64,000 nt of DNA from Faecousia sp. (GTDB lineage Bacteria > Bacillota > Clostridia > Oscillospirales > Oscillospiraceae), in the NCBI GenBank assembly GCA_045630825.1, contig JAZQTN010000031.1, positions 40,118 to 104,117 on the forward strand, in the 5' to 3' direction. The position numbers were made by a program, and so were the translations under genes. The notes under the pieces are model-generated. The model made no database searches, had not been told where the DNA came from, and worked only from the letters and a program-made list of their open reading frames with translations. Within the stretch, counting starts at the first letter, position 1, and every line of letters starts with the position of its first letter. This document shows, piece by piece, positions 32,894 to 42,600 of this stretch.

Positions 32894-33897
32894 GAAAATA
32901 TCTGCTGCCAGAGGGGCTCCCCTTCTTTAAGGCAAACCTGCATTGCCATACCACCGAATCTGACGGTCAGTTTACGCCGGAAGAGATAAAGCAGGCCTAC
33001 AAGGCCAAGGGTTACAGTGTGATCGCCTACACAGATCACGAGGTTATGCTCCCCCACCCTGAGTTGAACGACGAAGATTTTCTTGCTCTGACAGGTTATG
33101 AGTTCGAAGTGTTGGACGATTACCCCATTGACTCCCCTTTTAATCAGCGCAAAACCTGCCATATGTGTCTGATTGCGTTGGAACAGGATAGCCCCCGTCA
33201 GGTGTTCTGGAGCAGATTGTATGTCCACGCACTGCTGCAACAGATGCATCCGGAATTGGTGGAATCCTACGCAGACACCCCGGACGCTAAGCGGGTTTTC
33301 AGCGGTGAGGGCATCTCTGATGTGATGGAAACCGCAAGAAAGAATGGCTTCTTCGTTACATATAACCATCCTTACTGGTCTCTTGCAGATTTCTCGATGC
33401 TTTCCGAATACCACGGAATGCACGCCCTGGAGATCTACAACCACGGCTGCACAATGGGTGGCTATGATGAGTATAACCCCGCATTGTTGGACGCGATGCT
33501 GCGGGCGAATAAGCGAGTATTCTTCATTGCAGCGGATGATAATCACAGCCTGCGCAGCCAGTTTGGCGGATGGAATATGATCTGTGCGGAGAAGTTGGAA
33601 TACAGAACCATTACAAAGGCGCTGGAAGCCGGTCATTTCTACGCTTCTACCGGTCCGGAGATCAAGGAACTGTGGTTTGAAGACGGAAATGTCTATATCC
33701 GTTGCTCCCCCGCTGTGAAGATCGTAGCCTCCTTCGGTATACGGAAAAAGGTTTGCATCCGTAAAACAGATGCGGACTTGGTGGAGGCAGTCATTCCCGT
33801 AACAAAAGACGATATTTATGTTCGTGTAACGGTATGGGATGAAGACCACAAGCATGCGGATACTAACGCATATTTTGTAGACGAATTATTCAAATAA
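32890..33897 (+). CDS. PHP-domain metallohydrolase
   Basis: NLHCHTTESDG, YTDH, NHPYW, DDNH; coupled to the GT2 gene by a GTGA overlap. Confidence 0.85.
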   Translation: MRKYLLPEGLPFFKANLHCHTTESDGQFTPEEIKQAYKAKGYSVIAYTDHEVMLPHPELNDEDFLALTGYEFEVLDDYPIDSPFNQRKTCHMCLIALEQDSPRQVFWSRLYVHALLQQMHPELVESYADTPDAKRVFSGEGISDVMETARKNGFFVTYNHPYWSLADFSMLSEYHGMHALEIYNHGCTMGGYDEYNPALLDAMLRANKRVFFIAADDNHSLRSQFGGWNMICAEKLEYRTITKALEAGHFYASTGPEIKELWFEDGNVYIRCSPAVKIVASFGIRKKVCIRKTDADLVEAVIPVTKDDIYVRVTVWDEDHKHADTNAYFVDELFK

Positions 33898-33898
33898 T

Positions 33899-33936
33899 AA
33901 AAACCGCTTCGGAATCACCGAAGCGGTTTCATTTTT
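33899..33936. terminator. Bidirectional terminator
   Basis: AAACCGCTTCGG-AATCA-CCGAAGCGGTTT. Confidence 0.75.
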
Positions 33937-34288
33937 AGCGGATGTCCTTGTTGGCTTTCTCTGCCTTCTTGGCAGCCTTCTTCTTGGCGCGCTCTTCCTG
34001 AGCCTTCTTAGCAGCTTCCTGTGCTGCTGCGTTGGCGGTATCGTTGGAAGACAGAGCCCACTTGCGCAGCTCAAGGCGAACCTGATCAGCACTGGTCTCC
34101 ATAACGAACATATCGTCTTTGACATTGACAACAGTGCCGGTGATGCCACCGATGGTAGTGATGCGGTCGCCAACCTTGACATTGGTACGCATCTCTTCGG
34201 CTTCCTTCTTGCGCTTATTCTCGGGGCGGATCAGCATAAAGTAGAAAACGCCGATCATAACTGCCAGCATAAGAACGGTAGTACCCAT
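33935..34288 (-). CDS. yajC: Preprotein translocase subunit YajC
   Basis: FYFMLIRPE, GDRITTIGGITG; downstream of tgt. Confidence 0.92.
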   Translation of the reverse strand: MGTTVLMLAVMIGVFYFMLIRPENKRKKEAEEMRTNVKVGDRITTIGGITGTVVNVKDDMFVMETSADQVRLELRKWALSSNDTANAAAQEAAKKAQEERAKKKAAKKAEKANKDIR

Positions 34289-34357
34289 AAATAAAATCTC
34301 CTTTGGAATAAATATCCTCGTTATTATATCATTTTACATGCAAAAAGCAAGAAGAAT

Positions 34358-35488
34358 TTAGATTCTCTGGCTCAATTTAACAGAATATTCATTTCGGAAA
34401 GCCTCAAATGTGCCGTTATCCAGCGCTTCCCGGATCTTTTCCATCAGCTTATTATAGAAATACAGGTTGTGCATTACGGCAAGCCGCATTGCAAGCATCT
34501 CTTCTGCCACAAAAAGATGACGGATGTATGCCTTGGAATAGCGGCGGCATACAGGACAGTCACACTTGGGGTCAATGGGCGATTCGTCCAGCTGATACTT
34601 GGCGTTCTTCAAATTGATTGCGCCTTCCCAGGTAAACAGCCGTGCGTGGCGGGCATTCCGGGCCGGCATTACGCAGTCAAAGAAATCAACGCCACGATAC
34701 ACACCTTCAATAATATTGGTAGGTGTGCCTACACCCATCAGGTAGCGGGGCTTGTCTGCAGGCATAAAGGGCTCAACAGCTTCAATGATATCGTACATTT
34801 CCTCAGCGCTCTCCCCTACTGCCAGACCACCGATGGCATAGCCGGGAAGATCAAGCTCAGCAATTCGCTTCATATGATCCTGACGGATATCTGCATAAGT
34901 GCCGCCCTGGTTGATGCCCCAGAGCATCTGGTTCGGGTTTACTGTATCCGGCAGCTGATTCAGGCGGGCATTTTCTTCCTTACAGCGAACCAACCAACGG
35001 TAGGTGCGGTCAACACTCTTCAGCACATAGTCCCGTGGCGCAGGATTCTCGATGCACTCGTCAAAGGCCATACATATATCAGAGCCCAGATTGGACTGGA
35101 TCTGCATACTCTCTTCAGGACCCATAAAGATCTTGTGTCCGTCGATGTGAGAGGAGAAATATACGCCCTCTTCCTTGATTTTTCGAAGACTGGACAGGCT
35201 GAATACCTGAAATCCTCCGGAATCCGTGAGGATTGGACCGTCCCAGGTCATAAATTTATGCAAGCCTCCCATTTCCCGCACCACTTTGTCGGTAGGACGC
35301 AGATGCAAATGATAGGTATTGGAAAGTTCCACCTGACAGCCGATATTCTTAAGATCCTCTGCACTAAGTGCGCCCTTAATAGCACCCTGAGTACCAACAT
35401 TCATAAAGACCGGGGTTTGAACAGTTCCGTGCGCACATGTAAATTCGCCACGGCGTGCCTTTCCCTCTGTTTTCAAAACCTTAAACAT
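34358..35488 (-). CDS. tgt: Queuine tRNA-ribosyltransferase
   Basis: TPVFMNVGT, TDSGGFQVFS, CDCPVC. Confidence 0.97.
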   Translation of the reverse strand: MFKVLKTEGKARRGEFTCAHGTVQTPVFMNVGTQGAIKGALSAEDLKNIGCQVELSNTYHLHLRPTDKVVREMGGLHKFMTWDGPILTDSGGFQVFSLSSLRKIKEEGVYFSSHIDGHKIFMGPEESMQIQSNLGSDICMAFDECIENPAPRDYVLKSVDRTYRWLVRCKEENARLNQLPDTVNPNQMLWGINQGGTYADIRQDHMKRIAELDLPGYAIGGLAVGESAEEMYDIIEAVEPFMPADKPRYLMGVGTPTNIIEGVYRGVDFFDCVMPARNARHARLFTWEGAINLKNAKYQLDESPIDPKCDCPVCRRYSKAYIRHLFVAEEMLAMRLAVMHNLYFYNKLMEKIREALDNGTFEAFRNEYSVKLSQRI

Positions 35489-35499
35489 AATAACCTCAC

Positions 35500-36522
35500 T
35501 TATACAATGAACATCGCATCACCAAAGGAGAAAAACCGGTACCGTTGCTGAACAGCTTCGTTGTAAGCAGCCAGTACATTATCTCTGCCTGCAAAGGCAG
35601 ATACCAGCATTACCAGTGTACTTTCCGGAAGATGGAAATTGGTAATCAGACCCTGCATTGCTTTAAACTGATAACCGGGGTAAATGAAAATCTCCGTCCA
35701 CTTGCTCTTGGCATCAAAGGTACCGTCGTCATTAACGAGGCTCTCCAGAGTACGGCAGGAAGTTGTTCCCACGCAGATGATCCGACCGCCGGTAGCCCTT
35801 GTTTCGTTCAATATTGCGGCAGTATCCTCGCTGATCATGCATAGCTCAGAGTGCATATGATGCTCAGAAATTTCCTCTGCTTTTACCGGACGGAAAGTGC
35901 CAAGTCCAACATGGAGAGTAACAAAAGCGGTCTTAACCCCTTTATTACGGATTTTTTCTAACAATTCGTTGGTGAAATGCAGACCGGCAGTAGGAGCAGC
36001 TGCAGAACCGACCTCACGAGAGTAAACTGTCTGATACCGCTCCTGATCCTGTAGTTCTGCCTTGATATAGGGCGGCAGTGGCATTTTGCCAAGTCGTTCG
36101 AGCACCTCCAAGAAAATGCCTTCATAACGAAACTCCACGATGCGATTGCCGTCATCCTTGACCTCGGTAACAACTGCAGACAGTTCACCGTTGCCGAAAA
36201 TCACCACATTGCCTACCTGCATTTTTCTGCCAGGCTTGCACAGACATTCCCACTTTTTTTCACCATGATCCCGAAGCAGCAGCACCTCTACGGCACCGCC
36301 GCTGGGACGATGCCCCAACAGACGTGCCGGCAGAACACGGGAATCGTTCATAACCAGACAATCGCCGGGGTTCAAGTAGTCAATAATATCGTAAAAATGC
36401 TTATGGATAACCTCACCGCTGTTGCGGCCCAAAACCAGCAGACGGGAATAATCCCGCTTTTCCAACGGAGTCTGGGCGATCAGTTCTTCCGGCAGGTCAT
36501 ACCAAAAATCATGCGTCTTCAT
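35500..36522 (-). CDS. queA: S-adenosylmethionine:tRNA ribosyltransferase-isomerase
   Basis: [31 protein letters not shown]. Confidence 0.97.
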   Translation of the reverse strand: MKTHDFWYDLPEELIAQTPLEKRDYSRLLVLGRNSGEVIHKHFYDIIDYLNPGDCLVMNDSRVLPARLLGHRPSGGAVEVLLLRDHGEKKWECLCKPGRKMQVGNVVIFGNGELSAVVTEVKDDGNRIVEFRYEGIFLEVLERLGKMPLPPYIKAELQDQERYQTVYSREVGSAAAPTAGLHFTNELLEKIRNKGVKTAFVTLHVGLGTFRPVKAEEISEHHMHSELCMISEDTAAILNETRATGGRIICVGTTSCRTLESLVNDDGTFDAKSKWTEIFIYPGYQFKAMQGLITNFHLPESTLVMLVSAFAGRDNVLAAYNEAVQQRYRFFSFGDAMFIV

Positions 36523-36638
36523 TGCTTTTCCTCCAAATATCCATTAGCGTTAGTATAGGACATTTTTGCAAGAATTGCAACAGAAAATACGCCCAAAACA
36601 GCTGTTTGATGCATAGAATGGCGCGGAGGGATGTAATT

Positions 36639-37508
36639 ATGAAAAGTGCGCTCTTTTCCGGCGTCTGTACGGCGCTGGTAACGCCGTTTCTGAACGGTAA
36701 GGTCAATTACCCTATGATGGAAATGCTCCTGCGCAGGCAGATCGAGGCCGGTGTCAAGGCGGTTGTGATCTGCGGGACCACCGGCGAGTCACCCACTGTA
36801 ACGGATGCAGAAAAGTTGGAGCTTTTTCGTAGATGTAAGGAATACGCAAAAGATGATTGTTTAATTATTGCCGGCACGGGCTCAAACTGCACACAACATG
36901 CAGTAGAATTAAGCATAGAAGCAGAAAAATGCGGTGTTGATGCTCTCCTTGTCGTAAGTCCGTATTACAATAAGGCCACAGAAGATGGCTTGTATGCACA
37001 CTACTTATCCATTGCCCGTGCAGTAAGGATTCCTGTAATTGTTTACAATGTACCGGGACGAACAGGCGTTGATATACCGGTATCCGTTTACAAACGATTA
37101 TCCAGAATCCCAAATATCGCCGGTATTAAGGAAGCATCGTCCAGTATTGGAAAGATCATTGAGATCCGTAGCGCCTGTCCGGATCTTCCCATTTGGAGCG
37201 GGAATGATGATATGGTTGCACCTACCCTGTCGCTGGGCGGTCATGGTGTGATCTCAGTGCTGTCTAATGTGGCACCGGTGGAGACCAATGCAATGGTGGA
37301 GGCGGCTCTGGTGGGAGATTTTGACACAGCAGCGACACTGCAGTGTCAACTGCTGCCCCTGATCAAGTTGCTTTTCTGCGAAGTTAATCCGATTCCGGTG
37401 AAAGCAGCAATGAAGCTGATCGGGTATGACTGTGGAGGCTGCCGCCTGCCCCTCACTCCCCTATCCCCTGAAAATCAGAAGAAGATGGAAAATTTCTTCG
37501 AAAAATAA
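36639..37508 (+). CDS. dapA: 4-hydroxy-tetrahydrodipicolinate synthase
   Basis: ATG 36639; GTTGES, YNVPGRTG, GIKEAS, NPIPVK. Confidence 0.93.
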   Translation: MKSALFSGVCTALVTPFLNGKVNYPMMEMLLRRQIEAGVKAVVICGTTGESPTVTDAEKLELFRRCKEYAKDDCLIIAGTGSNCTQHAVELSIEAEKCGVDALLVVSPYYNKATEDGLYAHYLSIARAVRIPVIVYNVPGRTGVDIPVSVYKRLSRIPNIAGIKEASSSIGKIIEIRSACPDLPIWSGNDDMVAPTLSLGGHGVISVLSNVAPVETNAMVEAALVGDFDTAATLQCQLLPLIKLLFCEVNPIPVKAAMKLIGYDCGGCRLPLTPLSPENQKKMENFFEK

Positions 37509-37512
37509 TGAA

Positions 37513-37542
37513 TGCCCACGGGTACACATACACCCGTGGGCA
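37513..37542. terminator. Hairpin between convergent dapA and tyrS
   Basis: TGCCCACGGGT...ACCCGTGGGCA. Confidence 0.7.
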
Positions 37543-37548
37543 ATATCA

Positions 37549-38772
37549 TTAAGCCAGAATTGCCTTATGGAAGACTTTTTTACCCTTTCGGATCTTTACA
37601 CCCGCACGGAGCATATCTTCGGTAACAGCGAACTGTGCAGAGGGAACTTTCTCGTCGTTAACCAGAACGCCGCCTTGCTCAACCAGCTGGCGGGCCTGCT
37701 TGTTGGAAGGCGCCAGGCCGCAGGCGACCATCAGATTCAGGATTCCGATCTTACCGTCTGTCAGCTGTTCAGTGGAGATTTCAGTGGTGGGCATATTGGC
37801 ATCATCGCCACCGCCGGCAAACAGTGCCTTGGCTGCATTCTGAGCAGCAGTTGCCTCTTCTTCACCGTGGACAAGCTTGGTCAGCTCAAATGCAAGGATC
37901 TCCTTAGCTGTGTTCAGCTGAGCATCCTTCCAGTTGTCCATCTCATTGATCTGCTCCAGAGGCAGGAAGGTCAGCATACGGATGCACTTGAGAACATCGG
38001 CGTCCTCTACATTACGCCAGTACTGGTAAAAATCAAAGGGTGTGGTTTTGTTGGGATCCAGCCAAACAGCGCCCTTGGCAGTCTTGCCCATTTTCTTACC
38101 CTCGGAGTTGAGCAGCAAAGTGATGGTCATCGCGTGGGCGTCCTTGCCCAGCTTACGGCGGATCAGCTCGGTGCCGCCCAGCATATTGCTCCACTGGTCA
38201 TTGCCGCCAAACTGCATATTACAGCCATAGTGCTGGAACAGGTAGTAGAAATCATAAGACTGCATAGGCATATAGTTGAACTCCAGGAAGCTCAGACCCT
38301 TTTCCATTCTCTGCTTGAAGCACTCAGCGCGCAGCATATTGTTAACAGAGAAACAGCCACCGATCTCGCGGATGAAGTCGACATAGTTCAGGTTCAGCAG
38401 CCAGTCAGCGTTGTTGACCATCTGCGCCTTGCCTTCGCCGAATTCAATGAAACGCTCCATCTGCTTCTTGAAGCAGGCGCAATTGTGGTCAATGGTTTCC
38501 TTGGTCATCATAGAACGCATATCGGTGCGGCCGGAGGGGTCGCCGATCATAGCGGTACCGCCGCCGATCAGGGCAATGGGCTTATTGCCGGCCATCTGCA
38601 GACGCTTCATCAGACACAGTGCCATAAAATGACCAACGTGAAGAGAATCGGCAGTGGGGTCAAAGCCAATGTAGAACACGGCCTTGCCATTGTCGATCAT
38701 TTCCCGGATCTCAGCTTCATTGGTAACCTGAGCGATAAGTCCTCTGGCTACCAGCTCGTCATATACTTTCAT
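37549..38772 (-). CDS. tyrS: Tyrosine-tRNA ligase
   Basis: GFDPTADSLHVGH, GGNDQW, KMGKT, S4 domain. Confidence 0.97.
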   Translation of the reverse strand: MKVYDELVARGLIAQVTNEAEIREMIDNGKAVFYIGFDPTADSLHVGHFMALCLMKRLQMAGNKPIALIGGGTAMIGDPSGRTDMRSMMTKETIDHNCACFKKQMERFIEFGEGKAQMVNNADWLLNLNYVDFIREIGGCFSVNNMLRAECFKQRMEKGLSFLEFNYMPMQSYDFYYLFQHYGCNMQFGGNDQWSNMLGGTELIRRKLGKDAHAMTITLLLNSEGKKMGKTAKGAVWLDPNKTTPFDFYQYWRNVEDADVLKCIRMLTFLPLEQINEMDNWKDAQLNTAKEILAFELTKLVHGEEEATAAQNAAKALFAGGGDDANMPTTEISTEQLTDGKIGILNLMVACGLAPSNKQARQLVEQGGVLVNDEKVPSAQFAVTEDMLRAGVKIRKGKKVFHKAILA

Positions 38773-38799
38773 CTTTGTTTCCTCCTGATGTTGTTTCCG

Positions 38800-40446
38800 T
38801 TATTGTAGCATTTCTTCAGCACTCTTGAGTGTTGTTTCAGTAATATTTGCACCGCCGATGATCCGTGCCAGCTCCTGCTTTCTGCCTTCACGGTCAAGGG
38901 GTGTTACACTGGTATAGGTACGGCCATCGCGCTCTGATTTGGCAATCAGCATATGGTTATCGCCTCTGGCAGCGATCTGCGGCAAGTGTGTAATGCAAAG
39001 CACCTGTTTTTTTCCAGCGATACTATGTAGTTTCTCGGCGACCTTAACCGCTGCACGGCCGGAAACGCCAGTATCTACTTCATCAAAAATCAGTGTCGGA
39101 ACCTGATCCTGTTCAGCAAGAACATTCTTGATCGCCAGCATAATCCGTGCTAATTCACCACCCGATGCCACTTTGCTCATAGGTTTCAGCGCTTCACCGG
39201 CATTAGCCGACATATAGAAGGCAACACTGTCAGCACCGGTCTGGGTCAGCTCCAGCTCGGAGAAATTACAGGAAAACTGTACCTTCGGCATATCCAGTTG
39301 AGATAGTTCGTCCAAAATTCGGGCAGAAAGCTTTTCTGCTGCCGCAATTCTGCTGTCCCGAAGGGCATATGCTGCATCCCAGGCTTCCTTCTCTGCGCTT
39401 GACAGTTTGCGCTTGAGCCTTTCCAGATGGTCATCAGAAAATTCGATCTCGTCCAGTTCTTTTCTGGCATTTGTCAGATAGGCAAGAATCTCTGCGCAAT
39501 CTGCGCCGTATTTTCGGCGTAGACGATGGATTACATCCAACCGTGCCTCAATTTGCTCCAATTCGTCGCCCGAATAGGAAAGATCATCCCGTTCGGCACG
39601 CAATTCTTCTGAAAGATCCTGTAATGTGTACATAAGATCCATCATCTTTTCCTGCAGTTCGCTGTAAGTATCCGTATAGCGGGACAGACGGGAAATCTCC
39701 CGTTGAGCATTGCTCAGCAGAGAAATTGCGCCGTCAGTATCGTCGGAACCGTAAAGGCAATCCACTGCACCGTTAAGTCCGTCGGAGAGTTTCTCTGCGT
39801 TTTGCAGTACTTTACGACGCTCTTCAAGAGTTTCGTCCTCCCCTGCTTCCAGTTCAGCCTTTTCAATTTCGGCGATCTGGTATCTCAGCATTTCCTGCTT
39901 ACGAAGCTTTTCTCCCTCGTCCATAGAAAATCGCTCGATCTCCCGGGTCAAAGCATCAACTGCGGCATATTTATCTGCATAAGTAGCCCGAAGCGCTTCG
40001 TTCTCAGCAAAATCATCCAGAAAACGCAGGTGGTTGCTTTCGTCAAACAGCGATGCACTGTCGTGTTGACCGTGGATGTCGATCAACTGAATGCCAAGTT
40101 TGCGCAAAATCGTAACAGTAACAGGCGTACCGTTGACTTTACAGGTATTCCTGCCGTCGAGGAAAATATCCCGCTGAATGACAATCTCCGAATCATACTC
40201 TACGCCGTTTTCTTCAAACCAAGGATATTCCGGAACATCCGTAAATATCGCCCGTACAGAGGCTTTGTCAGCACCTGTACGAATCATATCCCGGTAAGAG
40301 CGCTCGCCCAATATAGCAGAAATTGCGTCAATCAGGATCGATTTGCCGGCACCGGTCTCACCGGTGAGTACATGAAAGCCACGGCCGAAGGAAATTTCCG
40401 CCCGCTCAATGACCGCAATATTCTCGATATGCAGAAGGTTCAGCAT
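38800..40446 (-). CDS. recN: DNA repair protein RecN
   Basis: TGETGAGKS, ASGGELAR, FDEVDTG. Confidence 0.96.
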   Translation of the reverse strand: MLNLLHIENIAVIERAEISFGRGFHVLTGETGAGKSILIDAISAILGERSYRDMIRTGADKASVRAIFTDVPEYPWFEENGVEYDSEIVIQRDIFLDGRNTCKVNGTPVTVTILRKLGIQLIDIHGQHDSASLFDESNHLRFLDDFAENEALRATYADKYAAVDALTREIERFSMDEGEKLRKQEMLRYQIAEIEKAELEAGEDETLEERRKVLQNAEKLSDGLNGAVDCLYGSDDTDGAISLLSNAQREISRLSRYTDTYSELQEKMMDLMYTLQDLSEELRAERDDLSYSGDELEQIEARLDVIHRLRRKYGADCAEILAYLTNARKELDEIEFSDDHLERLKRKLSSAEKEAWDAAYALRDSRIAAAEKLSARILDELSQLDMPKVQFSCNFSELELTQTGADSVAFYMSANAGEALKPMSKVASGGELARIMLAIKNVLAEQDQVPTLIFDEVDTGVSGRAAVKVAEKLHSIAGKKQVLCITHLPQIAARGDNHMLIAKSERDGRTYTSVTPLDREGRKQELARIIGGANITETTLKSAEEMLQ

Positions 40447-40467
40447 GGCGTACTCCTCCTGATAAAA

Positions 40468-40920
40468 TCAGTCCAGCAGATTCTGGATTTCGCCGCAGAA
40501 AGCGGCTGCGGCATTCATATCCCGCATAACAATAAACACAGTATCATCACCGGCCAGTGTGCCGACAACAACGCCCATATTCATTGCGTCCACAGCAGAA
40601 GCGGCGGCAGATGCAAGGCCAGGCAGTGTATGGATGACAACCATATTCATAGCATAGTCATAGCGTGTGATGCACTGACGGAAGATGGTGTTGAGTTTGT
40701 TGGAAAATGTACCGGACACCTCGCTGGTTGCGGCAGTGTAGCGATAAGTGCCGAAATTAGTCAGTTCCTTAACGATTCGCAGCTCCTTTATGTCCCGGGA
40801 AATGGTTGCCTGGGTGCTGCGGAAGCCTGCCTTGTGCAGTTCCTGCAGAAGGTGCTCCTGGGTCTCAATATCTCGGTTGGAGATGATCTCCATAATCTTT
40901 GCTTGTCTCTGACTCTTCAT
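40468..40920 (-). CDS. argR: Arginine repressor
   Basis: TQATISRDIKEL, GTLAGDDT. Confidence 0.96.
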   Translation of the reverse strand: MKSQRQAKIMEIISNRDIETQEHLLQELHKAGFRSTQATISRDIKELRIVKELTNFGTYRYTAATSEVSGTFSNKLNTIFRQCITRYDYAMNMVVIHTLPGLASAAASAVDAMNMGVVVGTLAGDDTVFIVMRDMNAAAAFCGEIQNLLD

Positions 40921-40930
40921 AATCTCTACC

Positions 40931-41800
40931 TCAATTTCTGAATTTCATATTGACTACATCGTAAAAACTGCGCTCTTTTAACCTGAGAAGTTTGGTTTCC
41001 AGTTTGGATTTGCGAATGATTACTTTGTCCTCGGCGTTAAGGCGCAACGCTTTGCCGCCGTCGGCGCTCAAGAAGGCATTTCTCTTGGTATTGTTGCTCA
41101 TATTCACAGTAATCACCCGATTGCCGGATGCCACAATGCACCGACTGACGATATCGTGGGCGCAGATCGGCGTAACGAGGATGCTGTCGGTTTCCGGCTC
41201 GATAATAGGACCGCCGGCGGACAGGCTGTAGGCAGTAGAACCGGTGGGGGTGGCAACGATAACACCGTCGCCGCCGCAGGCAATGGCTTGCACACCGTCG
41301 CACTCAACACTCAAATGCACGATTCGGGCAACGGCACCCTTGGTAATGACTACATCGTTCAGGCATATATCGTGGAAAATGATATCGCGATCCCGCTGAA
41401 CGATCACATCCAGCATCATCCGGTTATCGATAACATAATCGTCATTTGCAAGGCGGTGCAGTTGCTCCAACTCTGTAGATTCCAGTTCCGCCATAAAGCC
41501 CATAGTGCCGATATTTACGCCCAGAATGGGCACACCGGCTTTGGTTGCAGTTTTTCCCATATGCAGGATTGTGCCGTCGCCACCGAAGCAGATCACCAGA
41601 TCACAGTTGTGGATCTCCCGGTCAAGCCGGGAAAACTGCATATCTGAAGGCAACGCAAATGTCTTGTCTACATCAAAAGGCAGGCAGATTTTGCAGGAAA
41701 CACCGGCTTCCTCCAAAATCCGCTTAGCTTCACGGACAGTATGGAATCCCTTGTCCCGATAGGGATTGGGCGTTAATATGACATTTTTCATATATTTCAC
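40931..41800 (-). CDS. nadK: NAD kinase
   Basis: GGDGT, LNDV, TPTGSTAYSLSAGGP. Confidence 0.95.
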   Translation of the reverse strand: MKYMKNVILTPNPYRDKGFHTVREAKRILEEAGVSCKICLPFDVDKTFALPSDMQFSRLDREIHNCDLVICFGGDGTILHMGKTATKAGVPILGVNIGTMGFMAELESTELEQLHRLANDDYVIDNRMMLDVIVQRDRDIIFHDICLNDVVITKGAVARIVHLSVECDGVQAIACGGDGVIVATPTGSTAYSLSAGGPIIEPETDSILVTPICAHDIVSRCIVASGNRVITVNMSNNTKRNAFLSADGGKALRLNAEDKVIIRKSKLETKLLRLKERSFYDVVNMKFRN

Positions 41801-42600
41801 CCCTTCAGTGTGTTATGGGCATCAGCAACAACCTGGGCAGTATCCGGCAGGATACCTTCCCGGTCTGCAAGGGTCAGGTGCCCCAGAAATTCGATATTAC
41901 CCTCCGGACCCTTTACGGGGGAAAAAGTAAGACCGAGGATTGTAAAATCAAGTTGCTTTGCAAGTTCAACAAAACCATCCAACACCTGCTTATGGGTCTC
42001 AGGCTCACGGACAACACCCTTCTTCCCAACCTTTTCCCTGCCAGCCTCAAACTGGGGCTTGATCAGGCACAGTACCTGACCGGTGGGCTTGAGAAGTGCC
42101 TTAATAGCAGGCAAAACAATCTTGAGAGAGATAAAGCTAACATCGATCACCGAAAGATCAAGGGACTCCCCAAGAACCTCTGGTGTAACATAGCGGATAT
42201 TGGTTCGTTCCATAACAACCACTCTGGGATCACTGCGGATCTTCCAGTCGAGCTGACCGTAACCAACATCGATAGCAAAAACCTTGCTTGCACCCTGCTG
42301 CAGCAGACAGTCCGTAAAACCGCCGGTAGATGCGCCGGAATCGCTGCAGACGAAGCCTGTAGGGTCTACACCAAAATCACGCAAGGCTTTTTCCAGCTTC
42401 AGTCCACCCCGACTAACATAGGGACAACTTTCGCCGCGGACCTCGATATCCACGGATTCCTCATAGGAAATGCCGGGCTTATCAGCTTTCTGGCCGTCTA
42501 CATAGACCTGACCGGCCATAATGATTGCCTGCGCCTTGGAGCGGCTGTCTACAAAACCTTTTTCGGTCAGGAGTACATCTAATCTCTTTTTAATTTTCAC
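41797..42600 (-). CDS. tlyA: TlyA-family RNA methyltransferase
   Basis: S4 domain, YVSRGGLKL, ASTGGFTD, IKPQFE. Confidence 0.95.
   Translation of the reverse strand: MKIKKRLDVLLTEKGFVDSRSKAQAIIMAGQVYVDGQKADKPGISYEESVDIEVRGESCPYVSRGGLKLEKALRDFGVDPTGFVCSDSGASTGGFTDCLLQQGASKVFAIDVGYGQLDWKIRSDPRVVVMERTNIRYVTPEVLGESLDLSVIDVSFISLKIVLPAIKALLKPTGQVLCLIKPQFEAGREKVGKKGVVREPETHKQVLDGFVELAKQLDFTILGLTFSPVKGPEGNIEFLGHLTLADREGILPDTAQVVADAHNTLKG

Noticed and set aside
37426-38808. Long antisense ORFs (460 aa here; also 5942-7216, 15205-16296, 34469-35551, 39703-40941, 49184-50317)
   Set aside because: Shadow frames opposite well-conserved genes, with no motifs of their own.
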